DNA from: Candidatus Eiseniibacteriota bacterium
Lineage (GTDB): Bacteria; Eisenbacteria; RBG-16-71-46
NCBI GenBank assembly: GCA_963744995.1
Contig: CAVUWA010000004.1
Coordinates: 256,001-320,000 of the forward strand
Length of the DNA: 64,000 bases
Direction: 5' to 3'
Shown here: positions 50,422 through 60,548 of the stretch, one piece after another
Layout of the letters: the number at the start of each line of letters is the position of its first letter
Position numbering within the stretch: position 1 is the stretch's first letter
Made by a program: the position numbers and the translations under genes
Notes under the pieces: generated by a model
What the model saw: only the letters and a program-made list of their open reading frames with translations
Told to the model about the DNA's origin: nothing
Database searches by the model: none

Positions 50422-51663
50422 TCAGCGGCCCGGATCGATCACGATGCTGGTGGGGCCGGAGAGGCCGGCGACGCTGTCGAGGATCGCGCCCGCGGGGCTG
50501 ACGCGGACGACCTGCCCCGCGCCCGGGAGCGTCGCCCAGGCCTCGCCGCTGGCGCGGTCGACGGCGACTTCGCGCACTTCGGGCAGGCCCGCCACCTGGA
50601 ACTCGATCGTGGCGTCGCGGCGCAGCGCGACCAGCCGGCCGCCCAGCGCGTCGCAGACCCAGATCCGCCCGCGCCGCGGATCGACCGCGACGCCGATCGG
50701 CCCGCTGAGCGTGACGAGGCTGTCGAGTCGCGTGCCGGCGGCGGCGAGCCGGTACACGCTGCCGGTGGTGAACGACGTGACCCAGCCGTCGCGGGTGGTC
50801 GAGTCCACCGCCACCCGCGAGGGATTCGGCAGCGGCACCTGCCACTGCGGCGCGCCGTTCGACAGGAACGTGCGCACGCGGCTGCCGCCGCGCTCGCAGA
50901 TCCAGAGGATGCGGTTCCCCTGTTCGAACGCCGCGCCGAGCGGCTGGTCGATGAGGTCGACGGCCGGCGAGGCCTGAGTGCCGAAGCGCGTGTAGTGACG
51001 CACGTCGTCCGCGCCCGGGTCGCAGATCCACGCGGTCTGATCGCTTGGGTCGAGCGTGACGTCGCCGGGCTGCGAGAAGCCGGGAATGTTGACGTAGGTG
51101 CCCTGGATCGGGTCGAACACCTGCACCTTGCCGCCGAACGTGTCGGTGATCCACAACACGCCCGTGTTGGGGTCGACCGCGACGTCGTTGGGGGTCGAGA
51201 AACCGCCGCTCCGCTGCGACACGTAGCGCCCGTCGGCGGTGAGCCGGGTGATCGTGCCGCGGTCGAACTCGGTGACCCACGGACGGAGCCGCCCCGGCCG
51301 GGCGTGGTCCGCAGCGGGCATGTCGCCGCGGCCGTCGTCGAACACGAAGAACAGCTGGTAGTCGTAGGAGATGCCGTTCTGGACGCCGCTGTCGGTGAAC
51401 ACGCCGGCGTCCGGAGGGAGCACCGCCGAGATCGCCTGATAGGCGCCCTGGCCGGAGCGGCGCAGCACCTGAAAGCCGCGCAGGCCGCTCTGCCGCGAGG
51501 GGGTCCACAGCAGCTGTACGAAGCCGTCGTCGGCGAGCGCGCGGAAGTCCGCGGGCCGGCCGCCCGTGTGCGGGTTCGCGGGATCGAAGGGATTGCTGTG
51601 CTCGCGCGAGCTGCAGCCCGCGGCGAGCACGGCGAGCGTCAGTAGCGCAGCGACAAGGCGCAT
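50422..51663 (-). CDS. Lipoprotein with FN3-like domain and NHL/YncE-like beta-propeller
   Basis: Lipobox AAGC, NPFDP, repeated P..VAVD....W units. Confidence 0.75.
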   Translation of the reverse strand: MRLVAALLTLAVLAAGCSSREHSNPFDPANPHTGGRPADFRALADDGFVQLLWTPSRQSGLRGFQVLRRSGQGAYQAISAVLPPDAGVFTDSGVQNGISYDYQLFFVFDDGRGDMPAADHARPGRLRPWVTEFDRGTITRLTADGRYVSQRSGGFSTPNDVAVDPNTGVLWITDTFGGKVQVFDPIQGTYVNIPGFSQPGDVTLDPSDQTAWICDPGADDVRHYTRFGTQASPAVDLIDQPLGAAFEQGNRILWICERGGSRVRTFLSNGAPQWQVPLPNPSRVAVDSTTRDGWVTSFTTGSVYRLAAAGTRLDSLVTLSGPIGVAVDPRRGRIWVCDALGGRLVALRRDATIEFQVAGLPEVREVAVDRASGEAWATLPGAGQVVRVSPAGAILDSVAGLSGPTSIVIDPGR

Positions 51664-52070
51664 CGGGTGGGGGTCGCGATGACGCTCACGCGGTCGGTCG
51701 CGGGATGGCGCACGAAACGCAGGTAGAGGCCGGCGGCGATGAGCACCTCGCCCGCGATGAGCGCGCCGGAGGAATAGCGGTCGAGCCGCGTGGTCTCGTC
51801 GTAGAGGCGCGAGATCTCGCCGGGTTCGGTGGCCTCGAGGTAGCGGTCGTAGCGCGCGTTGGCGCGATCCCGGAGGACGAACGAGCCGCCGATCAGACCG
51901 GCGCCCGCCAGCATCGCGCCGTAGGCGAGCGCGTGGGAGGGCTTCTTCTGACTCGGCAGGACGACCGTCTCAAACGGCCCGGCCGCCCACGCGATGGCGG
52001 GGGCGGCCGGATCGATGAGGCTCAGAAGCAGGAGGGCCGTGCACGGCAGGGCGGCCGGATGGCGCTTCAT
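51639..52070 (-). CDS. Hypothetical membrane/exported protein
   Basis: Signal-like start and two hydrophobic segments flanking ANARYDRY; host-like codon usage. Confidence 0.65.
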   Translation of the reverse strand: MKRHPAALPCTALLLLSLIDPAAPAIAWAAGPFETVVLPSQKKPSHALAYGAMLAGAGLIGGSFVLRDRANARYDRYLEATEPGEISRLYDETTRLDRYSSGALIAGEVLIAAGLYLRFVRHPATDRVSVIATPTRCALSLRY

Positions 52071-52080
52071 GCGGGTCCTG

Positions 52081-52338
52081 TCAGGCGGAGAGCTTCCGCG
52101 TGTGGAGCGCGAGACGCGCCTTGTGGCGGTTCGCGGTCTCCTTCTTGAGGATGCCCCTGGCCACGGTGCGGTCGAGCACCGACGCCGCTTTCAGGTAGGC
52201 CGCCTCGCCCTCGGCCCGGGTTTTCGCCTCGCGCACCGCCTTGATGGCCGAGCGCATGCGCGAGCGCGCGGCGATGTTGCGCTGCCGCGCCTTCTCGTTG
52301 GTACGAACGCGCTTCGCCGCGGACTTGTGATGCGGCAT
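52081..52338 (-). CDS. rpsT: 30S ribosomal protein S20
   Basis: MPHHKSAAKRVRTNEKARQRN...RGILKKETANRHKARL; GGAGGAG RBS. Confidence 0.96.
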   Translation of the reverse strand: MPHHKSAAKRVRTNEKARQRNIAARSRMRSAIKAVREAKTRAEGEAAYLKAASVLDRTVARGILKKETANRHKARLALHTRKLSA

Positions 52339-52491
52339 TCGACTCCTCCTGTCCCGTGAATGGCTTCGAAAAAGCCCGGGAAAGTTACGGCTTTCGGGCG
52401 CGGACTGTCAAGGAAGGGGGTTTGCCGGTGCCCGGTACGGGGTGTAGGGTTGTCCCTTCGCGCACTGTCGGCCGGCCACCTGGAGGCGCTC

Positions 52492-54339
52492 GTGAGCGTT
52501 TTGAGCGACAAGGTGCTGAATCTGCCTGCGGCGCCGGGGGTTTACCTGTTCAAGGACGCCGCCGGCCGGGTGCTCTACGTCGGCAAGGCCAAGAGCCTGC
52601 AGCACCGGGTGCGCGGCTACCTGAGCGGCGACAACGCCCACGTGCGGCTCGACGATCTGATGGCCCGGGCCGCGGACCTGGACACGATCCTCACCGACAC
52701 CGAGGCCGAGGCGCTGCTGCTCGAGGCGACGCTGATCCGCCAGCACCGCCCGCACTTCAACACCCTGCTCAAGGACGACAAGAGCTTCCCCTACGTGAAG
52801 ATCAGCCTGCAGGAGGAGTTCCCCCGGCTGTCGATCACGCGCCAGGTACGCCAGGACGGCGCCCGCTATCTGGGCCCCTACACCGACGTCAAGAACCTGC
52901 GCCGCACCCTGCGCGAGATCCGCCGTATCTTTCCGATCCGCACCTGCCGCAATTTCGAGGACTACCGCCGCAGGAACCGGCCGTGTCTCTACTACCACAT
53001 CCGCCGCTGCATGGGGCCGTGCACGACCCGGGCGCGCGTGGATCCGGCCGAATACCGCTCGATGACGGAGAGCCTGATCTGGTTTCTCAGCGGGCGTGAC
53101 ACCGAACTGGTCGACCGGCTGCGCGCCGAGATGGCCGCGGCGGCCGCGGCCCGGCGCTTCGAGGCCGCGGCGCAGCGCCGCGACCAGATCCGGCTGCTGG
53201 AAACCGCCCGGGTGCCGCAGAAGGTGGTGGGCGCCGGCGGCGGGCGCGACACCGACGTGCTCGGGGTCGCCCGTCACGGGGCGCGCGCCGCGGTGGCGGC
53301 GCTGCTGGTCCGCGACGGGCGCGTGGTGGGGAAGGAGACACGGATCCTCGACCGCCTGGGCGAACGATCGCCCGCGGCGCTGCTGCACGCCTACGTCGCC
53401 CAGCGCTACCTGGGGGCGGCGCGTGCCCCGCGCCGGCTGGTGACGGCGACGCCGCCCGAGGACGCCGCCGTGCTCTCCGAGGCGCTCGCCCGCCACGCCG
53501 GACACCGGGTCGAGATCGCCGCGCCGACGCGTGGCCGCGAGCGCCGGCTCGCGCAGACGGCGGCGCGCAACGCGGCGCACCTGCTCGAGGACCTCGCCGC
53601 GCGCCAGGCGGGGCGCCGGGCGCGGCATTCTCGGGAGGTGATCGAACTGCAACAGGCGCTCGATCTGCCCGTGCCGCCCTACCGCATGGTGTGCTTCGAC
53701 ATCTCGAACCTCGGCGGCGACGCGCCGGTGGCGGCGATCGTCGCGGCCGAGAACGGGCGCCCGCGCAAGGCGCTCTATCGTCGCATGCGCATGCGCACCG
53801 CCGGCCCCGACGACTTCGCGATGATGGAGGAGGCGGTGACGCGCTACTGGACCCGGGTCGAATCGGGCGAGCTGCCGCGTCCCGATCTGGTGATGGTCGA
53901 CGGTGGCGCCGGCCAGGTTTCCGCCGCGCGCGCCGCGCTCGATGCGGCGGCGACGGTGCCGGTGCCGCTCATCGGGCTCGCCAAGCGCGAGGAGACCGTC
54001 ATGCGCGAGCACGCGCCGCCGTTGCGCCTGTCGCGCCGGAGCGCCGCGCTGCGGGCGCTGCAGCACCTGCGCGACGAGGCGCACCGCTTCGGGCTCACCT
54101 ACCACCGCCAGCTGCGCACCCGCAGCCGGGTCGGCAGCGCGCTCGAGTCGATCCCCGGCGTCGGACCCGCGCGCCGGGTCGCGCTGCTGCGCGCGTTCGG
54201 CTCGGTCGAGGCCCTGCGCGCCGCGAGTCCCGCCGACATGCACGAGCGCGCCGGGATCCCGGCCGCGCTGGCCGAGCGCGTCCACGCGCAGCTCGGCGGC
54301 GCCGTGCCGCCGGGGCCGGACCGGCGGCGGACCGCATGA
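52492..54339 (+). CDS. uvrC: Excinuclease ABC subunit C
   Basis: PGVYLF...YVGKAKSL..RV, KDDKSFPY, FDISN, DGGAGQ, RDEAHRF, HhH IPGVGP. Confidence 0.97.
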   Translation: MSVLSDKVLNLPAAPGVYLFKDAAGRVLYVGKAKSLQHRVRGYLSGDNAHVRLDDLMARAADLDTILTDTEAEALLLEATLIRQHRPHFNTLLKDDKSFPYVKISLQEEFPRLSITRQVRQDGARYLGPYTDVKNLRRTLREIRRIFPIRTCRNFEDYRRRNRPCLYYHIRRCMGPCTTRARVDPAEYRSMTESLIWFLSGRDTELVDRLRAEMAAAAAARRFEAAAQRRDQIRLLETARVPQKVVGAGGGRDTDVLGVARHGARAAVAALLVRDGRVVGKETRILDRLGERSPAALLHAYVAQRYLGAARAPRRLVTATPPEDAAVLSEALARHAGHRVEIAAPTRGRERRLAQTAARNAAHLLEDLAARQAGRRARHSREVIELQQALDLPVPPYRMVCFDISNLGGDAPVAAIVAAENGRPRKALYRRMRMRTAGPDDFAMMEEAVTRYWTRVESGELPRPDLVMVDGGAGQVSAARAALDAAATVPVPLIGLAKREETVMREHAPPLRLSRRSAALRALQHLRDEAHRFGLTYHRQLRTRSRVGSALESIPGVGPARRVALLRAFGSVEALRAASPADMHERAGIPAALAERVHAQLGGAVPPGPDRRRTA

Positions 54340-55268
54340 GCGCCGCGCTCGCGAGGCCGCGTCAGGCGCCGGCGGACGCCCTCGAGCGCCCGCTCGAGGC
54401 GTTTCTCGACGAATTGCGCACCGGGCGCCGCCTGAGCCCGCACACGGTGGATGCCTACGCGCGCGACCTTCACGACTACCTGCGCTTCGCCCGCAGCCAC
54501 CGGCTCGACGCCTGGACCGAGGCCGGCGCGATCTTCATCGACGGTTACTTCGCCGCGCTCGCGCGCCGCGGGCTCGCGGGCAGCACCGTGGCGCGGCGCC
54601 GCTCGACGCTGCGCGGCTTTCATGCCTACCTCGCGCGCGGTGCCGGCGGCTCCGCCGATCCGCTCGTGCAGATGCCCGCGGCGCGACCCGAGCGCCGGCT
54701 GCCGCACGTGCTGCCGATCGAAGACCTCGAGCGGCTGCTCGCCGCCCCGGCGGGCGAATCGCCGCTGGCGCTGCGTGACCGGGCGATGCTGGAGCTGGCC
54801 TACGGCAGCGGGCTGCGCGTCTCGGAGCTCACCGGCCTGCCGCTCGCCGGGCTCGATCTCGACGGCCGCGCCGTCACCGTGTACGGCAAGGGCAGCCGCG
54901 AGCGCACGGTGCCGTTCGGCCGCGCCGCGGCCGCGGCGCTGCGGGCATGGCTCGACCGTGCGCGCCCGGGTCTCGCCGGTACCGCGCGGCACGGCCGCCT
55001 GTTCGTGAACGCGCGCGGCGGACCGCTGTCGCGCATGGGATTCTGGAAGATCCTGCGCGGGCACGCGCGGGCCGCCGGGCTCGCGACCCGCGTCCATCCG
55101 CATACGCTCAGGCATTCGTTCGCGACGCATCTGCTGCAGAACGGCGCCGACCTGCGCGTGGTCCAGGAGCTGCTCGGCCACGCGTCGGTGACGACGACCG
55201 CGATCTACACCCATCTCGACCGGGCTTACCTGCGGGAAGTGCACCGCAGTTTCCACCCTCGTGCATGA
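54336..55268 (+). CDS. xerD: Tyrosine recombinase XerD
   Basis: GLRVSEL, XerD-like LSRMGFWKIL, HTLRHSFATHLL, LLGH, TAIYTH. Confidence 0.88.
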   Translation: MSAALARPRQAPADALERPLEAFLDELRTGRRLSPHTVDAYARDLHDYLRFARSHRLDAWTEAGAIFIDGYFAALARRGLAGSTVARRRSTLRGFHAYLARGAGGSADPLVQMPAARPERRLPHVLPIEDLERLLAAPAGESPLALRDRAMLELAYGSGLRVSELTGLPLAGLDLDGRAVTVYGKGSRERTVPFGRAAAAALRAWLDRARPGLAGTARHGRLFVNARGGPLSRMGFWKILRGHARAAGLATRVHPHTLRHSFATHLLQNGADLRVVQELLGHASVTTTAIYTHLDRAYLREVHRSFHPRA

Positions 55269-55294
55269 GGGGGAGACACACGAAGGAGCAGGGA

Positions 55295-55897
55295 ATGACT
55301 CTCAGGGTTGCAGGGCTGCTCGTGATGGTGACTGCCTGGTCCATGAGCTGGGGCGCGCCGGCGGCGCGGGCCGAGCGCCGCGTGGTGCCGCCGCGGGCGG
55401 GGCAGGTGGGCCTCGGGATTCAGGGTCAGTTCGGAACGCTGCTCCAGTCGGGTGATCTGGGCGAGGAGTTCGGCTCGGGGCCGGGGCTGGCGATCCGCGT
55501 GCGCTACCGCATGCGCTACGAGCGGGCGATCGGCCTGTCCTTCGAAAGCCAGGATTTCGACGCGCGTGACCCCGCCGACAGCCTCGGGTCGGTGACCAAA
55601 GCGACGCTGATCCTCTCGGGCCTCGAGTTCTACCAGCTGTTCGGCACGCGCACGACGTCGCACAAGATGCTGAGCATCGGCGCGGGGCTCGCGCAGGTGT
55701 CCGAGGACACCAACGACAGCGGCACGATCTTCCCGGGCGACGGCGTCTACCTCAGCCTGGGCGCGGGGGTGGAGCATTTCTTCTGGAACAGCTGGGCATG
55801 GGATCTGAGCACCCGCTACTTGTCGGTGTTCCAGGAGGGCAAGGTGAATCACGACATGCAGATCTCGCTCGGCCTGATCTTCTACGCGAGCTACTGA
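55295..55897 (+). CDS. Small outer-membrane beta-barrel-like protein
   Basis: Signal peptide, alternating beta-strand pattern, C-terminal SLGLIFY. Confidence 0.65.
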   Translation: MTLRVAGLLVMVTAWSMSWGAPAARAERRVVPPRAGQVGLGIQGQFGTLLQSGDLGEEFGSGPGLAIRVRYRMRYERAIGLSFESQDFDARDPADSLGSVTKATLILSGLEFYQLFGTRTTSHKMLSIGAGLAQVSEDTNDSGTIFPGDGVYLSLGAGVEHFFWNSWAWDLSTRYLSVFQEGKVNHDMQISLGLIFYASY

Positions 55898-57297
55898 TGA
55901 CCGTCCCGCTCCGCATTTCGTTCGAAGGCGCGGCGCGCACCGTGACCGGGTCGCGCCATCGCATCACCTTCGGGAAGCGGAGCTGGCTGTTCGACTGCGG
56001 TCTCTACCAGGGCCGGCGCGAGGAGGCCTATCGGATCAACCGCTCGTTCGACTTCGAGCCGGCGGACCTGGAGGGCGTGGTGGTGTCGCATGCGCACATC
56101 GACCATACGGGGAATCTGCCGACGCTGGTCGGCCGCGGGTTCGCGGGCGACATCCACGCGACGCCCGCGACGGCGGACCTCGGCGAGGTAATGCTGCCCG
56201 ACAGCGCTTTTCTCATGCGCCGTGACGTGGACTTCCTGCGCCGTCACGGCAAGCGGGCACAGGAGCCGCTGTTCGCCGAGAAGGACGTGGCCCTGACGCT
56301 GTCGCGGATGCGCACCCACGGCTACCACGAGCCGTGGACGCTCGAGGAAGGCATGCGCGTCACCTACTACGACGCCGGGCACATCCTCGGCTCCGCGCTC
56401 ACCCGTTTCGAGTTCGAGAGCGGCGGCCGCCGTTTCGCGCTGGGGATGAGCGGCGACCTCGGCCGGCCCGGCCGGGCGATCCTGCGCGATCCGGAGGCGA
56501 TCCCGCCGGTCGATGCGCTGGTGCTCGAGAGCACCTACGGCGACCGGTTGCATCCCGATCCGGAGTCGACCGAGAACGAGCTCGTGGACGTCGTCCGCCG
56601 CACCGTCGACCGCGGCGGACGGCTGCTGGTGCCGGCGTTCGCGGTGGGCCGCACGCAGGAGCTGGTGGCGACGTTCCACGCGCTGTGCGAGGCGGGCCGC
56701 GTGTGCGACCTGCCGATCTACGTGGACAGCCCGATGGCGCGCAAGGCGACCGCGGTGTTCGTCGAGCATCCGGAATGCTTCGACGCCGAAACCCGCCACG
56801 CCTTCAAAGCGCAGCACGGCGCGCCGTTCGGGTTCCACCGACTGCGCTATGTCGGCAGCGTCGAGGAATCCAAATCCTTGAACGGGGTCGAAGGGCCGTG
56901 CGTGATCGTCGCCGCCTCCGGCATGTGCGAAGGCGGGCGGATCCTGCACCACCTCGCGCACGGGCTCGGCGACAGCCGCAACACGGTGCTGTTCGTGGGC
57001 TACCAGGCCGAGCACACGCTCGGGCGGCGGCTGCGCGAGGGTGCGGAAGAAGTGAGCATCCTCGGCGAACGCGTGCGGCGCCGGGCGGAAATCGCGGGGC
57101 TCGACGGCTTCAGCGCGCATGCGGATCAGGCCGAGCTGGTGAGCTGGGTCACGCGGCTCGATCCGGCGCCGCGCCGGATCTTTCTCGTGCACGGCGATCT
57201 CGGACCGGCCGAGACGCTGGCCGCGATCCTGCGCGAGAAGACCGGCGCAGAAGTCATGGTGCCCGAACGCGGACAGGGGGTGGACCTGTGGAACTGA
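55897..57297 (+). CDS. MBL-fold beta-CASP nuclease
   Basis: GAARTVTGS, DCGLYQG, SHAHIDH, AGHILGS, ESTYGDR, SGMCEGGRILHH, FSAHAD, LVHG. Confidence 0.92.
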   Translation: MTVPLRISFEGAARTVTGSRHRITFGKRSWLFDCGLYQGRREEAYRINRSFDFEPADLEGVVVSHAHIDHTGNLPTLVGRGFAGDIHATPATADLGEVMLPDSAFLMRRDVDFLRRHGKRAQEPLFAEKDVALTLSRMRTHGYHEPWTLEEGMRVTYYDAGHILGSALTRFEFESGGRRFALGMSGDLGRPGRAILRDPEAIPPVDALVLESTYGDRLHPDPESTENELVDVVRRTVDRGGRLLVPAFAVGRTQELVATFHALCEAGRVCDLPIYVDSPMARKATAVFVEHPECFDAETRHAFKAQHGAPFGFHRLRYVGSVEESKSLNGVEGPCVIVAASGMCEGGRILHHLAHGLGDSRNTVLFVGYQAEHTLGRRLREGAEEVSILGERVRRRAEIAGLDGFSAHADQAELVSWVTRLDPAPRRIFLVHGDLGPAETLAAILREKTGAEVMVPERGQGVDLWN

Positions 57298-59234
57298 TGT
57301 CGCGGTATCAGGTCGGCCAGCGGCTGCGGCATCCGCAGTTCGGCGAAGGGCTCGTCGTCGAGGTCCACACCGACCGCGGCCGCGAGGTGCTGGAAGTGGT
57401 GTTCGACGGCGAGCTCAGGCGCCTGTCGGCGCAGCGCGAGTGGGAAGTGGTGGACGGCAACGCCCCCGAGCTGCCGCGCGAAGAGGACGTGGCCTCGCCG
57501 GTCGTGCGCGGCTGGCACGCGCAGGGCGACGCGCTGTTCGAGGCGTGGGCGGCCGGGCAGCACGTGCCGCCGGCGGCGTTCGACCTGCGCGCCGAGGCCG
57601 AAGACTGGGCCGGCTGGGCCGGCACCGACCGTCTGGTTTCGCTCAATTCGCTGCGCGGCGTGGAGCGTTTCCCGCACCAGATCCGCGCCTGCCTGAAGGT
57701 GATGCGCCACCTGAACGGCCGGGCGATCCTCGCCGACGAAGTCGGCCTCGGCAAGACCATCGAGGCCGGCATCGTGCTCAAGGAATACCTGCTGCGCGGC
57801 GCGGTGCGCACGGCGCTGGTGCTGGTGCCGGCGTCGTTGTGCGAGCAATGGCGGGCGGAGCTGTGGGAGAAGTTCGAGCTCGACTTCGTGGTCTCCCGCG
57901 GCCCGTCGGGGCAGTGGGGCCGCCACCCGCTGGTGATCTCGTCGCTCGAAACCGCGCGCCACGAGCGTCACCGGCGCCGCGTGCGCGGCGCGAACTACGA
58001 CCTCGTCGTCGTCGACGAGGCACACCGCCTGCGCAACCATCTGACGCTCGGCTGGAAGTTCCTGAACGACCTCAACCCTCGCTACATGCTGCTGCTCACC
58101 GCGACGCCGGTGCAGAACGACATGCGCGAGCTCTACAACCTGGCGACACTGGTGCGGCCGGGCACGGTGGGGACGTTCTCGCAGTTCCGCCGCGATTTCC
58201 TCTCGGGGTCGGACCGGCGCTCGCCGCGCAATACGCCGCGCCTGCGCACCCTGCTCGAGTCGGTGATGATCCGCACGCGGCGCGCCGACACGGATCTCAA
58301 GTTCTCGCCGCGCCGGGTGGAGACCTCGTGGGTCGCGCAGACCGCCGCCGAACGCACGCTGTACCGGCGCGTGAGCGAGTTCGTCGCGGACGCGGTGCGC
58401 TCCGATTCGTGCGGCCCCGGCAAGCCGCACTACTTCACGCTGATGGTGCTGCAGAAGGAGATGGGATCCTCGTGGGCCGCGGCGCGCTCGACGCTCGAGC
58501 GGCTGTGCGAGGCGCCCGACGGCCTCGATTCGCGGCGCCTGCGCCAGCTCGCGAACCGCGCGGCGGAGGTGTCCGACCATTCGAGCAAGGTGCGCACGCT
58601 GATGCGCCGCATCACCGCGCTCAAGGGCGAAAAGGCCATCATCTTCACCCAGTTCCGCTCCACGCAGGAGACGATCGTGCGCGCCCTGCGCGAGGCGGGC
58701 ATCGAGCCGTCGGTGTTCCACGGCGAGCTGGGCTGGCGCGAGAAGGAGGAGGCGCTCGAGACCTTCCGCACGCACTCTTCCGTGCTGGTGAGCACCGAGG
58801 CCGGCGGGGAAGGGCGCAATCTCCAGTACTGCCGGATCGTGATCAACTACGACCTGCCGTGGAATCCGATGCGCGTCGAACAGCGCATCGGCCGCGTGCA
58901 TCGGCTCGGCCAGGAACAGCCCGTGCGGGTGATCAATCTGGTGGCGCGCGGCACGATCGAGGCATACGTGCTCGAGATCCTGGACCGCAAGATCCGCATG
59001 TTCGAGCTGGTGGTCGGCGAGATGGAGGAGATCCTTGGAACGTGGCAGCCGCTGATGTCGTTCGAGGACGAGGTGTTCAAGCGCTGGACCGAGACCACCA
59101 ACCCGCGGCGTCGCAAGCGCAGCTTCCAGGAGCTGGCGACCCAGATGCAGACCGCCCGGCGTCTCTACCAGAAGCAGAAGGACCAGCAGAACTGGCTGTT
59201 TCCCGAGCGCGGCGCGAACGGAGCCGACGAGTGA
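57297..59234 (+). CDS. SNF2-family helicase (YqhH-like) with N-terminal Tudor-like domain
   Basis: ILADEVGLGKTIEAG, VDEAH, LTATPVQN, STEAGGEGRNLQ, DLPWNPMRVEQRIGRVHR. Confidence 0.92.
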   Translation: MSRYQVGQRLRHPQFGEGLVVEVHTDRGREVLEVVFDGELRRLSAQREWEVVDGNAPELPREEDVASPVVRGWHAQGDALFEAWAAGQHVPPAAFDLRAEAEDWAGWAGTDRLVSLNSLRGVERFPHQIRACLKVMRHLNGRAILADEVGLGKTIEAGIVLKEYLLRGAVRTALVLVPASLCEQWRAELWEKFELDFVVSRGPSGQWGRHPLVISSLETARHERHRRRVRGANYDLVVVDEAHRLRNHLTLGWKFLNDLNPRYMLLLTATPVQNDMRELYNLATLVRPGTVGTFSQFRRDFLSGSDRRSPRNTPRLRTLLESVMIRTRRADTDLKFSPRRVETSWVAQTAAERTLYRRVSEFVADAVRSDSCGPGKPHYFTLMVLQKEMGSSWAAARSTLERLCEAPDGLDSRRLRQLANRAAEVSDHSSKVRTLMRRITALKGEKAIIFTQFRSTQETIVRALREAGIEPSVFHGELGWREKEEALETFRTHSSVLVSTEAGGEGRNLQYCRIVINYDLPWNPMRVEQRIGRVHRLGQEQPVRVINLVARGTIEAYVLEILDRKIRMFELVVGEMEEILGTWQPLMSFEDEVFKRWTETTNPRRRKRSFQELATQMQTARRLYQKQKDQQNWLFPERGANGADE

Positions 59235-60382
59235 GCCCGGCCGTCAGGAAGAAGCCCCGCTCGCGCCGCAAGGCGGCGCGCGGCCGCCGCAGGGTGGCCG
59301 CCCCTCCGGTGACCGTGGCGACGCCCGGCGCTGCACTGCCCGTGCTGCCCGAGAGCTGGCGGACGTTCGTCGGCCGCTGGCTGGAGGGGGAGGGGTGCCG
59401 CATCAGCCCCGCCGCGCGCGGCGACTGGGAGGTCGACCTGTCCGACGTCCTGCGCAGGCGCTGGCGGCGCCAGCGCGTGCGGCTCGTGTTCGATCCGCTG
59501 CGCGCCACGCTGCCGCGCGGGGCGTGGTTCGCGGCGCCCGGCAGCGGCGCCGGCCGCCGCGTGCTGGAGATGGCGCTCGATCGCCCGCTGATCACGCATC
59601 GCACCGCGCTCGCGCAGGTCCCGGGCGCGCCGGAGGAGGGAATCGCCTCGGTGTGCCGCGTGAGGAGCCTCACCTGGGGCCCGGGGCGGCTCGGTCCGGT
59701 CCGCTACGAGCGGCGCATCGCCTTCCACGCGATCGTCACGCGCTGGGGCGGACTGCCGGTGCAGGAGCCGTGGATCGTGATGATGGACCCCGACGGCCGC
59801 CTGCTCGAGACGGTGCAGGGCCGCACTTTCGAGGACGTGCGCACCCGTGAAGGCCTGTACCAGATCAACGACGAGCCGACCCCCGAGATCCGGCGCCGCT
59901 GGATGGACGCGGCGCGCACGCATTTCGACGCGCTCATGGACACGCGCGAACAGGAGTGGGACACGGAGGTCGGCCGGCTGCGCGACGACGAACTGGAGCG
60001 GCTCGGAGAGTTCTTCTCGGCCCGCATCGGCGAGGAGGAGGAGCGCCAGCGCCGCCGCACCAGCGCGAACGACGAGTCCGACCTGGCCCATGGTGACGTG
60101 ACCTCCCTCAAGCTCGAATGGGAACGGCGTGCGGCCGAGGTGCGCCAGCGCTGGGCCCTGCGCACCGAGATCCGGCTGTGGGGCATCGAGGAGTGGTCGT
60201 GGCCGGTCGCCGAACTCGATCAGGAACTGCGCGCGGGCGCCGTGCACGTGCGGCTCAGGGCCGAGGTGGACGTGGCCCGCGGTCAGCCGGCGCTGCCGCC
60301 CTGCCCTTCGTGCGGCACGCCGGCCGAGATGCTGGTGCGGCGCCGCGGCCACGTCGCCTGCGTGCGCTGTGCGCGCGACTGA
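59231..60382 (+). CDS. YqhG-like helicase partner protein with C-terminal zinc ribbon
   Basis: Overlaps the SNF2 stop; coiled-coil RLRDDELERLGEFF resembles YqhG-type partners; CPSC...CVRC. Family call is from recall only. Confidence 0.6.
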   Translation: MSPAVRKKPRSRRKAARGRRRVAAPPVTVATPGAALPVLPESWRTFVGRWLEGEGCRISPAARGDWEVDLSDVLRRRWRRQRVRLVFDPLRATLPRGAWFAAPGSGAGRRVLEMALDRPLITHRTALAQVPGAPEEGIASVCRVRSLTWGPGRLGPVRYERRIAFHAIVTRWGGLPVQEPWIVMMDPDGRLLETVQGRTFEDVRTREGLYQINDEPTPEIRRRWMDAARTHFDALMDTREQEWDTEVGRLRDDELERLGEFFSARIGEEEERQRRRTSANDESDLAHGDVTSLKLEWERRAAEVRQRWALRTEIRLWGIEEWSWPVAELDQELRAGAVHVRLRAEVDVARGQPALPPCPSCGTPAEMLVRRRGHVACVRCARD

Positions 60383-60449
60383 AGGCCTGCCGGGAGCCGC
60401 GCGGCGGTCCCCGGGCGGTGAGCCCGGGCGCGCAGGCCGGCCGGGCGGC

Positions 60450-60478
60450 TTGACGGTGCCCCGGCGCTCGGCTAACGT
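60450..60478 (+). promoter_or_regulatory. Putative sigma70 promoter
   Basis: TTGACG-N17-TAACGT upstream of the TPR gene. Confidence 0.55.
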
Positions 60479-60548
60479 CCCCGCGCTCATGGCACCTCGT
60501 TCCGGTCGAGAAATCGCTTGAGAACACAGGCGTAAACGGAGGCATCAC

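Noticed and set aside
43108..55268. The two tyrosine recombinases as phage or island integrases
   Set aside because: Both are about 300 aa, have XerC/XerD-type motifs, are coupled to topA and uvrC, and have no mobile genes or att sites nearby.
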